Assembly (NCBI GenBank): GCA_050010675.1
Contig: JBEKKN010000002.1
Location: forward strand, 14,277 to 78,276
DNA: 64,000 nt
Source of the DNA: Verrucomicrobiota bacterium
Lineage (GTDB): Bacteria > Verrucomicrobiota > Verrucomicrobiia > Limisphaerales > UBA11358
Reading direction: 5' to 3'
The notes beneath the pieces were generated by a model. It ran no database searches. It was given only the letters and a program-made list of their open reading frames with translations, and was not told the origin of the DNA. Of the stretch, positions 20,013-31,839 are shown in pieces (positions within the stretch are counted from its first letter, which is position 1; every line of letters starts with the position of its first letter). Made by a program: the position numbers and the translations under genes.

Positions 20013-20999
20013 ATGCCCGTCACTGAACAAAATCCGCCATCCGCCATCCGTCATCCGCAGTCCGGCGGCGAGGTCGTCGTTTCCGTCCGTGGGCTGACGA
20101 AGGTCTTCAAGGATTTCTGGAACCGTCCGAAGGCCCGCGCGGTGGACAATGTGGATTTTGAAGTGCGACAGGGTGAAGTGTTCGGGCTGCTCGGACCCAA
20201 CGGTTCGGGCAAGTCCACGACGGTGAAGCTGATGCTCGGCTTGCTGTATCCCACCAAGGGGCACATCGAGGTCTTCGGCCATTCACCCCGGCACGTGCAG
20301 ACGAAATCGCGCATCGGCTATCTGCCGGAGGAATCGTATCTCTACCGCTACCTCAACTCGCGCGAGACCCTGGATTTTTTTGGAAATCTCTTTCACCTGC
20401 CCAAGGCCGAACGCCACCGTCGCACGGAGCAATTGCTCGAAATGGTCGGGCTGGGCAAAACCCAGACGCGGGTGATCGGCGAATTTTCCAAGGGCATGCA
20501 GCGCCGCATCGGGCTGGCGCAGGCCCTGATCAACGACCCCGATCTGGTGATTCTGGACGAGCCGACGGCCGGCCTCGATCCGATTGGCTGCCGCGAGGTG
20601 AAGGACTTGATTCTCGCGCTGGCGCGCCGCGGCAAGACGGTGATTCTGAGCAGCCATCTGCTCGCGGACGTGGAGGACGTCTGTGACCGCGTGGTGATTT
20701 ATTACGGCGGCAAAATCCAGGCGATGGGCACGCTCAAGGAACTGCTCGCCACGCCGGACACGCTGCGCATCACGACGCCGGTGCTGCCGCGTGCAGCGGG
20801 CGCGTCAGGCCGCCGCCGAAACGAGCGGCGCGATTTCGGGCGCCCGCGTGGCGCCGTATCTGCGGGCGGGCGCCCAGGAACCGCCGCCGGCCACGGAAAA
20901 AATCCTGGACCGGCTGGCCTTGCCGGAATCTGCCCGGCCGGTGGCCAAGCCACCGACCACCCCGTCGGCGGAACCCGCCGTGAACGAGCAAAAGCTTGA
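20013..20999 (+). CDS. ABC transporter ATP-binding protein; the reading frame probably changes near 20790
   Basis: Walker A GPNGSGKST, signature FSKGMQRR and Walker B LVILDEPT. After ...LRITTPVLPR the frame turns into Arg/Gly-rich junk with poor third-position GC. Confidence 0.8.
   Translation: MPVTEQNPPSAIRHPQSGGEVVVSVRGLTKVFKDFWNRPKARAVDNVDFEVRQGEVFGLLGPNGSGKSTTVKLMLGLLYPTKGHIEVFGHSPRHVQTKSRIGYLPEESYLYRYLNSRETLDFFGNLFHLPKAERHRRTEQLLEMVGLGKTQTRVIGEFSKGMQRRIGLAQALINDPDLVILDEPTAGLDPIGCREVKDLILALARRGKTVILSSHLLADVEDVCDRVVIYYGGKIQAMGTLKELLATPDTLRITTPVLPRAAGASGRRRNERRDFGRPRGAVSAGGRPGTAAGHGKNPGPAGLAGICPAGGQATDHPVGGTRRERAKA
20032..20066. repeat. 7-nt-word tract (atccgcc x5) inside the 5' end of the ABC ATPase ORF
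   Basis: The tract reads atccgcc atccgcc atccgtc atccgca gtccggc. Confidence 0.8.
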
Positions 21000-21126
21000 T
21001 ACCTTGACGAAAGCCGTGGAGCCGGCGGCCGCGCCGGCCCAAGCCGCTCCCGCCGCGAAGGAAGAGCCGGTGGATTTGTCGAAGGCGAATGAGACGCTTT
21101 CGTCGCTGCTCAAGAAATCAAAATAA
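20791..21126 (+). CDS. Ala/Pro-rich ORF; likely the frameshifted C-terminal continuation of the ABC ATPase, or a separate small protein
   Basis: Third-position GC is strong in this frame across the 20791-20999 overlap. The sequence is low-complexity (PAAKEEPVDLSKANETLSSLLKKSK). Confidence 0.4.
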   Translation: MQRARQAAAETSGAISGARVAPYLRAGAQEPPPATEKILDRLALPESARPVAKPPTTPSAEPAVNEQKLDTLTKAVEPAAAPAQAAPAAKEEPVDLSKANETLSSLLKKSK

Positions 21127-21188
21127 ACCGCGGATTGCGCGGATGATACAGACGATTTTGTATCCGTGTCATCCGCGAAATCTGCGGT
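21127..21188. repeat. Imperfect long hairpin built of approx. 9-10-nt words (gcggat-type)
   Basis: Left arm accgcggattgcgcggatgatacagac. The reverse complement of the right arm is accgcagatttcgcggatgacacggatac. Identity is about 85% with a short loop. Confidence 0.75.
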
Positions 21189-21197
21189 TAAAATAAA

Positions 21198-22574
21198 ATG
21201 CAAAGAATTCTTGCCATCGCCGGGTTGACCTGGAAAGCCGCGTTTCGGTTCCGGCTGTTCCTGGTGATTGCCGGGCTGTTGCTGGCGGCGGTCGTCGGGC
21301 TGCCGTTGCTGCTCAAGGACGACGGCACGGCGCGCGGGTTCACCCAGATTTTGATCACCTACACTTTGAGCGTCATCACGGCGCTGCTGGGTCTGTCCAC
21401 CCTCTGGCTTTCCTGCGGCACGCTGGCCCGGGACATCGAGGAATGCCAGATTCAGGTCGTCGCCACCAAACCGGTGGCGCGCTGGCAAATCTGGCTCGGC
21501 AAATGGCTGGGCATCGTGTCGCTCAACGCCGCGTTGCTGGCGTTGTCGGGCGCGAGTGTCTATGGCCTGCTGCAGTGGCGCGCCACCCGGTTGCCGGCGG
21601 CGGAGCAGGAAGTGTTGCGCACCGAGGTGCTCGTGGCGCGCGGGGTGGCGCGACCGGCGGACGTCAACGCGGACATTGACGCACAGACGGAGCAGCTGTT
21701 GCAGGCGCGTTTGAAACAGTCCCAGATTTCGGGCGTGAACCGGGCGTTGGCCCGGCAGCAAATGCGCGAGCAGGTCAAGGCGGTGTATCAACTGGTGCCG
21801 CCCAGTTATACCCGCGAATGGCAGATTGATCTGGGGTTCGCCAAAAATTCTCTGCAGGGCAAGCCGCTGCAACTCCGCGTGAAATTCAACACCGCCCAGG
21901 GCAGCGCCTCCGGCACCTTTGTCGGGTTGTGGCAGGTCGGCGTGCCGGGAACGGCCAACGTCTGGCGCAGCGAACCGATGAGCCTCTCGCCAAACACCTA
22001 TCACGAGTTTGAAATTCCACCGGATCTTTTCAACCGCCAGGGCGTGCTCACGATCGCCTTCTTGAACGCCAACAATACGACCATGTTGTTCCCCATCGAG
22101 GACGGGATGGAGGTGTGGTATCCCCGGGGCGGGTTCCTGCTGAATTTTGTTCGCGGCCTGGGAATCCTGTTCTGCTGGATGGCGTTGCTGGCGGCCATCG
22201 GGTTGACCTCGGCCAGTTTCCTGTCGTTTCCCGTCGCCACGTTCTTTTCGCTGGCCCTGCTGGTGTTGGTGTTCTCCGGGGGGGCGTTGACCAGCGCGGT
22301 GGAACTGGGCACGACCGGCCTCGGTACTCCGGGATCCGGACCTTCCCTGGCCGACCAGATCCTGCTTCCGCTTTACCACGGTATTCTGCCACTCATCAAG
22401 CTGGTGAAGGGGTTTTCGCCGATTGATTCATTGAGCACCGGCCGCGCCATTCCGTGGAGCGAACTGGGCGCGGCTTTCGGACAAATTGTGCTGCTGTTGG
22501 GCGGCGTCATCGGCGGGATTGGCATCCGATTGTTTACGCGGCGTGAACTGGCCACCGCGCAGGGGAACCAATGA
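21198..22574 (+). CDS. ABC-2-type permease-like membrane protein with a large extracytoplasmic loop
   Basis: 458 aa with hydrophobic spans at both ends. It follows the ABC ATPase on the same strand. Confidence 0.55.
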   Translation: MQRILAIAGLTWKAAFRFRLFLVIAGLLLAAVVGLPLLLKDDGTARGFTQILITYTLSVITALLGLSTLWLSCGTLARDIEECQIQVVATKPVARWQIWLGKWLGIVSLNAALLALSGASVYGLLQWRATRLPAAEQEVLRTEVLVARGVARPADVNADIDAQTEQLLQARLKQSQISGVNRALARQQMREQVKAVYQLVPPSYTREWQIDLGFAKNSLQGKPLQLRVKFNTAQGSASGTFVGLWQVGVPGTANVWRSEPMSLSPNTYHEFEIPPDLFNRQGVLTIAFLNANNTTMLFPIEDGMEVWYPRGGFLLNFVRGLGILFCWMALLAAIGLTSASFLSFPVATFFSLALLVLVFSGGALTSAVELGTTGLGTPGSGPSLADQILLPLYHGILPLIKLVKGFSPIDSLSTGRAIPWSELGAAFGQIVLLLGGVIGGIGIRLFTRRELATAQGNQ

Positions 22575-22605
22575 AAAGGCGCTCCGAGTTCCACTCCCGG
22601 TTGAA

Positions 22606-24162
22606 ATGAACAGTCGTTTAAAAAAAATCCTGTTGTGGCTGCTGGCCGCGGCCCTGCTGGCCGGCTCCGGACAGGTGCAGAAGTCGCTGAACCGCGACCG
22701 GCAGGAACTCGAGCTGACCCAAAACACGCCGCTTAAAAACGCACCGCCGCTGCTGGCGTTCACCACCGTGGCCTTGGGCGGTTTTCGCGGGTTGATTTCC
22801 AATTTCCTGTGGATTCGCGCCAATGACCTGCAACAGGAGGACAAATATTTTGAGATGGTGCAACTCGCCGACTGGATCACGGACCTGGAACCGCATTTTG
22901 AACAGGTCTGGGTTTTTCAAGCCTGGAACATGGCCTGGAACATCTCGGTCAACTTCAAGGATTTTTCCGACCGCTGGCGCTGGGTGGAGCGCGGAATGGA
23001 ATTGCTGCGGGACGGCGGGCTGCGTTACAACCCCAACAGCATCCTGCTCTACCAGCAGATGAGCTGGATTTTCCAGAGCAAAATGGGCCAAAACATGGAC
23101 GACGCCAATCAGTACTACAAGGAACAATGGGCCGGGGAAATGATGCCGTTTTTCGGTTCGAACGGAACGAATTTTGTCGACTTGATCAATCCCCAAACCG
23201 CCGAGGCCAGGGCCCGCGCCGCGTTATTGCGTGACAAATACAAGATGGATCCCGTCTTCGTGAAAAAAGTGGACGAAGATTGGGGCCCGTTCGACTGGCG
23301 GTTGCCGGAGGCGAGCGCGATCTACTGGGCCGCGCTCGGCCTGGAAAGGGCGAAGGAAAGCCCGGGGAAAATAGCCAAGCCATCCGAATTGATCACACTC
23401 CGCCGCTCCATTTACCAGTCCATGCTTCAGGCGCTTTATCATGGGCGACTGGTCATCAATCCCTTTGACCAATCGTACGCCCTTTACCCGGACCTCGATC
23501 TGACTGCCAAACTCAACGAGGCCTACAACACCATGTACGCCGAGGAGCCCGACCCCGGCCAGAAGGACAGCATCCGGTCCGCGCAACGGAATTTCCTGCG
23601 GGACGCCATTTATTTTCTGTACGAGGCCGACCGCCTGGCTGAAGCCGCGAAATGGTTGCGCTACCTGGCGGATCAGTATCCCGGCCAGTTGCTCGTCGAT
23701 TCGGATCCCCATTCCCTGCCGTCCCAGATGACCCTCGACCAATATGCCATCGCGCGCGTGCAGGCGGACATCGGCGAGACGGACCAAAACCGCATCATGA
23801 CCGCCGTCGAAGGCTTGCTCTCCCAGGCCTATTATGAACTGGCCATCGGCCAGGATGACCGCTACGCCGGGTTCAAACTGCTGGCCGGCAAAATTTACTC
23901 GAATTATCAATCCAAGGTCTCCTCGTTTCAGGGGCAATCGCGCGTCGGGTTGCCGCCGTTCGCCGACATCAATCGCACGGTGCTCAACCAACTGCTGGAT
24001 CCCAAACAGGGAATGCCCTTCGCCGCGCGCGCCGTGGTCCGCACGCAACTGCAACTGCCCCCGGAAACTGTTTCCACCAACCCGGCGCCGGCCGCGATCC
24101 TGGACACCAACGCGCCACCGGCTCAAACTAATTCTCCAATTGAACCACTGGTGGGCCAGTAA
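22606..24162 (+). CDS. Hypothetical signal-anchored helical protein
   Basis: The N-terminus MNSRLKKILLWLLAAALLAGSG is followed by W/Y-rich helical segments. No family recognised. I chose the ATG at 22606 over the overlapping upstream start at 22486. Confidence 0.5.
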   Translation: MNSRLKKILLWLLAAALLAGSGQVQKSLNRDRQELELTQNTPLKNAPPLLAFTTVALGGFRGLISNFLWIRANDLQQEDKYFEMVQLADWITDLEPHFEQVWVFQAWNMAWNISVNFKDFSDRWRWVERGMELLRDGGLRYNPNSILLYQQMSWIFQSKMGQNMDDANQYYKEQWAGEMMPFFGSNGTNFVDLINPQTAEARARAALLRDKYKMDPVFVKKVDEDWGPFDWRLPEASAIYWAALGLERAKESPGKIAKPSELITLRRSIYQSMLQALYHGRLVINPFDQSYALYPDLDLTAKLNEAYNTMYAEEPDPGQKDSIRSAQRNFLRDAIYFLYEADRLAEAAKWLRYLADQYPGQLLVDSDPHSLPSQMTLDQYAIARVQADIGETDQNRIMTAVEGLLSQAYYELAIGQDDRYAGFKLLAGKIYSNYQSKVSSFQGQSRVGLPPFADINRTVLNQLLDPKQGMPFAARAVVRTQLQLPPETVSTNPAPAAILDTNAPPAQTNSPIEPLVGQ

Positions 24163-24460
24163 ATCCGGCCAAACCCGCCGGCAGGGCAGGTTTTCGCCAA
24201 TGTTCCCGATTTTTATAAGCCTCTTACCATCAAAACCATGCCCCACAGCTCCGCTCCCGTTGTCCCCAGTTCTCGTGACAAGACATCCGGCAGATTGATG
24301 GATAGTATCAAGTCATCGCGCAATGCCTTGGCAGGCAGGTTGTAACTCCATATTTCAACCTAGCTAAAAATGAGTCTTTGCGAGATTCAGTCAACGGGCG
24401 ACAACCCGATGCTGTTCTGGATGGAACGAGTTGTCGCCCAGCAAAAACGTAGTCAATATT

Positions 24461-25198
24461 ATGAAACAAAATCAGATTATTCTGGCAACCTTGGTTGCCA
24501 CGGGTTTGGCCGCCGCATCGGCTCAGGCCCAGTACTTGAACACATTCGACACCTCCGGTTCGTTTGTCACCGGTGCCGTCAATCGCACCTATAATCCGCC
24601 CCCCGCGTGGATCGGGTTTGATTATGGCACCGCCACGGCCACAGCCTCGGCCTCGGTTGCTTGGGCGTCCGGTCCGACTTATGATGCCGGCGGCAGTGCT
24701 CTTTCCGGGTCAGCCGCGCTCAGTTGGAACTTTAACACCACCGCCGACGGGGCCGGCTCCGCGGCTTTCACGATGGATCTCTACGGTGCCGCACAAAATT
24801 ATTCCGGCGGAACGCTTTCATTTGACATCTATCTGGCTCCCAACTCGACGCCCGGCGTATATGGTGATTATGGTTACTTTCAAGTATTCACCCGCGACGG
24901 CTCCTACAACGACAACGCCACCAGTTTGGGCGAGGGGCTGCTGACGGCCGCCGGCGGGGCGGCGGGTCAGTGGGCACTGGTGAGCATTCCGCTGGGAGCG
25001 GGCGCCGATTCTTCAATTCGCGCAATTACCTTCCAGGACTACACCGGTGGCGCCTCGGATCGAAACATTAACGGGCCGGAAACCATTTACATTGATAATG
25101 TTCGCTTGACGACCGCCGTGCCGGAGCCGGCCACGCTGGCACTCACGGGCCTTGGCCTCGCGGGATTGCTCGGCCTTCGCCGCAAACGGAACCGCTGA
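24461..25198 (+). CDS. PEP-CTERM sorting-domain secreted protein
   Basis: Signal peptide MKQNQIILATLVATGLAAASAQA. The C-terminus VPEPATLALTGLGLAGLLGLRRKRNR matches the PEP motif, TM helix and basic tail. Confidence 0.8.
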   Translation: MKQNQIILATLVATGLAAASAQAQYLNTFDTSGSFVTGAVNRTYNPPPAWIGFDYGTATATASASVAWASGPTYDAGGSALSGSAALSWNFNTTADGAGSAAFTMDLYGAAQNYSGGTLSFDIYLAPNSTPGVYGDYGYFQVFTRDGSYNDNATSLGEGLLTAAGGAAGQWALVSIPLGAGADSSIRAITFQDYTGGASDRNINGPETIYIDNVRLTTAVPEPATLALTGLGLAGLLGLRRKRNR

Positions 25199-25215
25199 CC
25201 AAATCTTAACCCCAT

Positions 25216-25250
25216 ACGGCATCGGTCAAAAACCGATGCCGTTTTTGTTT
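25216..25250 (+). terminator. Rho-independent terminator after the PEP-CTERM gene
   Basis: Stem acggcatcggt pairs with accgatgccgt across a short loop and is followed by ttttgtttt. Confidence 0.75.
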
Positions 25251-25310
25251 TATCCCGCCATTTTTCCCGGAATTGCCTCGTGCCCAGGCATCGCGTAAAC
25301 TTTCGCGTTT

Positions 25311-27035
<1,725 letters not shown>

Positions 27036-28475
27036 ATGAGCAAACCGACCAAATCGCAATGGGACTTCGGCGAATTGTTTCCGGCTTCGCCGGGAAACTC
27101 CGGCGCGAACGGTCCGACGGAGTCCCCCAGCGCGGGACGAACGGTTCTGTCCGTCTCGGAACTGACGACACAGGTCAAGCGGATGCTCGAAAAATCGGTC
27201 GGTTCGGTCTGGGTGACGGGCGAGATCACCAATTTGCGGGCGCAGAGTTCCGGTCACATGTACTTCACGCTCAAGGACGCCGGGGCGCAACTGAGTTGCG
27301 TGCTGTTCCGGGGTGAAGCGGTCAGGAACCGCAGCGTGTTGCAGGACGGCCAAAAGCTCCTGCTGCAAGGCGACGTGACGGTTTACGAGGCGCGCGGACA
27401 ATACCAGCTCATCGTGCGGGCGGTGGAGTTGCAGGGCATCGGCGCGCTGCAGATTGCCTTTGAAAAACTGAAGCAAAAGCTCGCGGCGGAAGGATTATTT
27501 GCGCCGGAGCGGAAGCGTCCTCTGCCCGAGTATCCGCAACGCATCGGCCTGGTCACCTCACTGACCGGCGCGGCGATTCGTGATGTGCTGCACGTGGTGC
27601 ACCGGCGGAATCCGGCGCTGGAAATCATTCTCGCGCCGTGCCGCGTGCAAGGTGACGGCGCGGCCGAGGAGATCGCGGCGGCCATCCGGTTGTTGAATGA
27701 GTTCAACACTCAACATTCCACGTTCAACCTTCAACTCATCTTAGTCACTCGCGGTGGCGGTTCGCTGGAGGATTTGTGGGCGTTCAACGAGGAAGCCGTG
27801 GCCCGGGCGATTTTTGAATCGGCCATTCCGGTGGTATCAGCGGTGGGGCACGAGATTGATTTCACCATCAGCGATTTTGTGGCGGACGTGCGCGCGGCCA
27901 CGCCGAGTGCGGCGGCGGAAATCATCACGGAAGGCGTGTTTGCCAGCCGCGAGTTTGTGGCCGAGGCGGCGGGTCTGCTGCGACGAAAAGTCCGGCAACG
28001 ATTGGAAGGCGCGGTCACGGAATTCGAGCAGCTTCAGGGACGCTTGACGCGGGCGCATCCGCGCCGGCGGTTGGATGAATTTCTGCAGCGACTGGATGAT
28101 TTGCAAACCGGCCTGTCGCGTTGCGCGAAACAGGGCGTCAAGGAACGGCAGGTGGCCTGGCAGAACCTGGCGACGCGCTTTTTGCGCGTGCGTCCGGCGC
28201 AATTATTGCGACAGCGGCACGAGCTTTTGAAAGCCAGCCGGCACCGGCTGCGCGAGCTGGCGCAGAACGGTTTGCGCGACCGGCAGAATCGTTTCGGCGC
28301 GACGGAGGCGCGGCTGCGTTTGCTCGGTCCGGAGCAGGTTTTGGCGCGCGGTTATTCCATCACCACCAACGCCGCAACCGGGAAAGTATTGCGCGAGGCT
28401 GCCGAGGTGAAATCCGGACAGCGATTGAAAACGCGGTTGAAGACCGGTGAAATCTTCAGCCGGACCGAGGAATAG
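27036..28475 (+). CDS. xseA: Exodeoxyribonuclease VII large subunit
   Basis: OB-fold N-terminus VWVTGEISN...SGHMYFTLKD, then RGGGSLEDLWAFNEE and a C-terminal coiled coil. Confidence 0.9.
   Translation: MSKPTKSQWDFGELFPASPGNSGANGPTESPSAGRTVLSVSELTTQVKRMLEKSVGSVWVTGEITNLRAQSSGHMYFTLKDAGAQLSCVLFRGEAVRNRSVLQDGQKLLLQGDVTVYEARGQYQLIVRAVELQGIGALQIAFEKLKQKLAAEGLFAPERKRPLPEYPQRIGLVTSLTGAAIRDVLHVVHRRNPALEIILAPCRVQGDGAAEEIAAAIRLLNEFNTQHSTFNLQLILVTRGGGSLEDLWAFNEEAVARAIFESAIPVVSAVGHEIDFTISDFVADVRAATPSAAAEIITEGVFASREFVAEAAGLLRRKVRQRLEGAVTEFEQLQGRLTRAHPRRRLDEFLQRLDDLQTGLSRCAKQGVKERQVAWQNLATRFLRVRPAQLLRQRHELLKASRHRLRELAQNGLRDRQNRFGATEARLRLLGPEQVLARGYSITTNAATGKVLREAAEVKSGQRLKTRLKTGEIFSRTEE
27701..27735. repeat. 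7-nt-word tract (NttcaAc x5) in-frame in xseA
   Basis: The tract reads gttcaac actcaac attccac gttcaac cttcaac. It encodes FNTQHSTFNLQL just before the RGGGS motif. Confidence 0.8.
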
Positions 28476-28538
28476 ACGCGGTGATTCGCGCCTGACTCCG
28501 CGCTGGACGGGCACAGCGGTTTTCCTTATCCTGTCGGC

Positions 28539-28805
28539 ATGTCAAAATCAGCCAAGGCCGACGCGGGCAAAGGCGGGCTGCCGTTTGAAGAGGCCTTGAA
28601 GAAGCTCGAAGGCATCGTCGAAGCGATGGAGTCCGAGGACTTGCCGCTCGAATCCCTCCTGGCCCGGTATGAAGAGGGCACCCGGCTGGCGAAAGTCTGC
28701 CAGGAAAAGCTGGCCGAGGCGGAATTGAAGATTCAGCAATTGGAAAAAAACACGGCCGGCGACCTGAAGCTCAAGCCACTGTCGCCAGAATTGGCCGAAG
28801 ATTGA
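28539..28805 (+). CDS. xseB: Exodeoxyribonuclease VII small subunit
   Basis: 88 aa with FEEALKKLEGIVEAMESEDLPLE..., typical of XseB. It follows xseA. Confidence 0.85.
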   Translation: MSKSAKADAGKGGLPFEEALKKLEGIVEAMESEDLPLESLLARYEEGTRLAKVCQEKLAEAELKIQQLEKNTAGDLKLKPLSPELAED

Positions 28806-28809
28806 TTTT

Positions 28810-28844
28810 CCAAAACCGAGAACCCAGACCCAAGACCTAAAATT
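28810..28844. repeat. 7-nt-word tract (cNagacc x5) ending 1 nt before the dxs ATG
   Basis: The tract reads ccaaaac cgagaac ccagacc caagacc taaaatt. Confidence 0.7.
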
Positions 28845-28845
28845 T

Positions 28846-30834
28846 ATGAGCCGATATCTCGACATGGTGGACGGACCGGAGCACGTGAAGAAACTCACGA
28901 TGCCGCAACTGCAGGAACTGGCCGCCGAAATCCGGCAAGACCTCATCTCGGTCCTGGCCCGGAACGGCGGGCACCTTGGCCCGAACCTCGGCGTGGTGGA
29001 ACTGACGCTCGCCCTGCACCGCGTTTTCAACACGCCCAAGGACAAATTCGTCTGGGACGTGAGCCACCAGGTATATGTTCACAAACTGCTGACCGGCCGC
29101 AAAAACCGTTTCCCGGCCATCCGCCAGACGGGCGGCCTGAACGGGTTCGCCCTGCGCACGGAGAGCGAACACGATTGTTACGGCGCCGGCCACGCGGGCA
29201 CGGCGCTGTCCGCGGCCCTCGGCATGGCGGCGGCACGTGACAAAAAGGGCACGGACGAAAATGTCGTCTGCATTTTTGGTGATGCGGCGCTGACCAACGG
29301 CATTTCCTACGAGGCGCTCAATAACATCGGCCACACGACGAAAAAGTTCATCGGCATCCTGAACGACAATGAATGGAGCATCGCCAAGAACGTCGGTGCG
29401 ATTTCAAATTACCTGAACAAGCTCATCACCAACCCGCGTTACAACAAACTGGCCACCGATTTCCAGAATTTCCTGCGCCGGCTGCCCAAGGGCGACGTGG
29501 CCATCAAACTCGCCCGCAAGGCCGAGGAAGGTGTCAAGGGCGCCATCACCGACGTCGGCCTGCATCAAACCGGCAGTCTGGTGGATGCCGATGGCCGCGG
29601 CGGTTACGGCAGCCCGGTTATTTTCGAGGAAATGGGGATGCGCTACCTGGGACCGATCAACGGACACGATCTGCCGCTGCTCATCAGCACGCTGGAATTT
29701 GCCAAGACGTGCAATCATCCCATCGTCATCCACATCCTGACCCAAAAGGGCAAGGGCTTTGACGCCGCGATCAAGTTTCCGGAAAAATTCCACGGCACCG
29801 GTCCTTACGACGTGAAAACCGGCGATTCCCCGCCCGCCAAGGCCGGCACACCGCCGATGTATCAGGACGTGATGGGCCAGACGCTGGTGAAACTTTGCCA
29901 GAAAAACAACACGCTCGTCGGCATCACCGCCGCCATGCCCAGCGGCACCGGCTTGAAACATCTGGAACGGGCGATGCCCGACCGCTATTACGACGTGGGC
30001 ATTGCCGAGGAACACGCCGTCATTTTCGCCGCCGGCATGGCGACGATGGGATTCCATCCGGTGGTCGCGATTTATTCCACATTCCTGCAACGCGCCTATG
30101 ACTGCATTCATCACGATATTTGCCTGCAGGATTTGCCGGTGATTTTCTGCATGGACCGCGCCGGGCTCTCCGCCAATGACGGCCCGACGCATCATGGCCT
30201 GTTCGACATTGCCTACCTGCGCTGCATGCCCAACCTCATCGCCATGGCGCCGAAGGACGAGGACGAACTGGCGGACATGATGTTCACCGCCACACATCAA
30301 AATCATCCCACCTTCATCCGTTACCCGCGCGGCGCGGCGGAAGGCGTGCCGATCAAGGACCAGCCGGAATTGCTCGAAATCGGCAAAGCGGAGGTCATTC
30401 AGAACTTTTCCAGCAATGGGAAACGCAAGGTGGCGCTGTTCGGCCTCGGCCCGCTGAACACGCTGGCGCGCAAAGCCGCCGAGCAACTGGCGACGGAAGG
30501 TTTTGACTGCGCCGTCATCAATCCGCGTTTCACCAAACCGCTCGATGCCGGCACGCACGAATTTTTCGGCAAGGCCGCCGACCTGGTCGTGACCCTGGAA
30601 GATCATGCCTTGATGGGCGGCTACGGCTCGGCCGTATTGGAATTGTTCAGCGAAAAGGGCGTGACCACGCCCGTCGTCCGCATCGGCTGGCCCGACCAGT
30701 TCATCGAACACGCCACCACGCAGGACGAACTGCGCAAGAAATACGGCCTGTCGGTTGAGAACACCGTGGCCAGGGTGAAGGCGCAATTCGGCGAGGCTCC
30801 GGCCAAGGTGACGCAGTTGGTTGACGTAGCTTGA
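28846..30834 (+). CDS. dxs: 1-deoxy-D-xylulose-5-phosphate synthase
   Basis: Motifs [36 protein letters not shown] and DGPTHHG. Confidence 0.95.
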   Translation: MSRYLDMVDGPEHVKKLTMPQLQELAAEIRQDLISVLARNGGHLGPNLGVVELTLALHRVFNTPKDKFVWDVSHQVYVHKLLTGRKNRFPAIRQTGGLNGFALRTESEHDCYGAGHAGTALSAALGMAAARDKKGTDENVVCIFGDAALTNGISYEALNNIGHTTKKFIGILNDNEWSIAKNVGAISNYLNKLITNPRYNKLATDFQNFLRRLPKGDVAIKLARKAEEGVKGAITDVGLHQTGSLVDADGRGGYGSPVIFEEMGMRYLGPINGHDLPLLISTLEFAKTCNHPIVIHILTQKGKGFDAAIKFPEKFHGTGPYDVKTGDSPPAKAGTPPMYQDVMGQTLVKLCQKNNTLVGITAAMPSGTGLKHLERAMPDRYYDVGIAEEHAVIFAAGMATMGFHPVVAIYSTFLQRAYDCIHHDICLQDLPVIFCMDRAGLSANDGPTHHGLFDIAYLRCMPNLIAMAPKDEDELADMMFTATHQNHPTFIRYPRGAAEGVPIKDQPELLEIGKAEVIQNFSSNGKRKVALFGLGPLNTLARKAAEQLATEGFDCAVINPRFTKPLDAGTHEFFGKAADLVVTLEDHALMGGYGSAVLELFSEKGVTTPVVRIGWPDQFIEHATTQDELRKKYGLSVENTVARVKAQFGEAPAKVTQLVDVA

Positions 30835-31550
30835 TGAAAGTTCAACGGCCAAAAGTTCAACTGGCGTTTACGCTGATTGAACTTCTGGTTGTTATCTCTG
30901 TCATCGGAATTTTAGCGGCTCTGGTGTTGCCAGTGCTTTCTCAAGCTAAAAAACGAGCGCAACGAATTCAGTGCGTCGGCAATCTGCGTCAATTAGGTGT
31001 CGGCTTGCAAGTGGTTGTTGCCAGCGACCATGCTTATCCATTGCTTTTTGAAAATACCAACGGTGTTTGGATTAAAACAGTAGCCATTGAAGGGCTTGGC
31101 CTTTCGCAGCCGATAACCGACTATATTGTTACCGGTGTCTGGCGTTGTCCATCACCGGTACTCTGGTTACGTCCGGACACAAATTTATTAGCGATTTGCT
31201 ATGGATATAATTCAGGTGGAGTTGTTTCAGATGAGAATGCTGATGATAATTTTGGGCTTGGTGGCCGTCCAAGCACACAAACACCGTTGAAAGATTCCGA
31301 AGTGCTTAATCCGAGTGAAATGATGGCGATTGGTGATGTTTTTACACAAAGACCCGCGCTTACGCGTGAATCGGTTTATGGACTTGCATTACTCGCATAC
31401 CAACGTCATCAAGGCCGCGCCAATGTCGTTTTTTGCGACGGTCACGTTGAATCGCCGACGCTGAATTTTCTGTTTGTAGATACGAGTGATGCCGCCTTGA
31501 GCCGCTGGAACCTTGATCACCAGCCCCACCGCGAACTACTGGCCCCGTAA
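30834..31550 (+). CDS. Prepilin-type N-terminal cleavage/methylation domain protein, DUF1559-like
   Basis: N-terminal [22 protein letters not shown] and C-terminal [11 protein letters not shown]. The gene is visibly lower in GC than its neighbours. Its ATG overlaps the dxs stop (TGATG). Confidence 0.8.
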   Translation: MKVQRPKVQLAFTLIELLVVISVIGILAALVLPVLSQAKKRAQRIQCVGNLRQLGVGLQVVVASDHAYPLLFENTNGVWIKTVAIEGLGLSQPITDYIVTGVWRCPSPVLWLRPDTNLLAICYGYNSGGVVSDENADDNFGLGGRPSTQTPLKDSEVLNPSEMMAIGDVFTQRPALTRESVYGLALLAYQRHQGRANVVFCDGHVESPTLNFLFVDTSDAALSRWNLDHQPHRELLAP

Positions 31551-31566
31551 AGTCGGATTGTTGTCC

Positions 31567-31717
31567 CCCCTCAACCCGGCCTGCTCCTCGGGAAGAAGGA
31601 GAATCGTTTGCCGCCGCTTTCGAAATCCACGTGACGGGATTTGCTGGACTGTCATCCTTAATATGAGGAGCGGCCAATTGCTGTCCCTTCTCCCGGGGGA
31701 GAAGGCCAGGTTGAGGG
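31567..31717. repeat. Imperfect inverted repeat (approx. 35-nt arms, approx. 80-nt spacer); MITE-like or structured-RNA-like
   Basis: Left arm cccctcaacccggcctgctcctcgggaagaaggaga. Right arm tcccttctcccgggggagaaggccaggttgaggg. The arms are about 80% complementary. The right arm contains the perfect palindrome cttctcccgggggagaag. Confidence 0.6.
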
Positions 31718-31839
31718 CGAATGTTCATTTCTCAATCACATCATTTTCTTTCCTTGCTTTCCCCGGTTTTCGACCCAATTCTACGCGCATTAAGGTTTTG
31801 AAAATCGTCAATCGCGAATCATAAATCAGGAATCCGAAC

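Noticed and set aside
20805-22379. 524-aa minus-strand ORF
   Set aside because: It is antisense to the ABC ATPase tail and the permease gene. The product is Arg/Gln/Pro-rich junk with no motifs. The same reasoning applies to 14081-15442(-), 34661-36109(+), 29404-30852(-), 25722-26858(-), 5261-6172(+), 7783-8913(+), 15844-16923(-), 53162-54499(-) and 477-1166(+).
24396-24441. 10-bp inverted repeat gggcgacaac...gttgtcgccc upstream of the PEP-CTERM gene
   Set aside because: It is a single short stem with a 26-nt loop in an AT-rich leader. There is no supporting feature, which is too weak to call a regulator.
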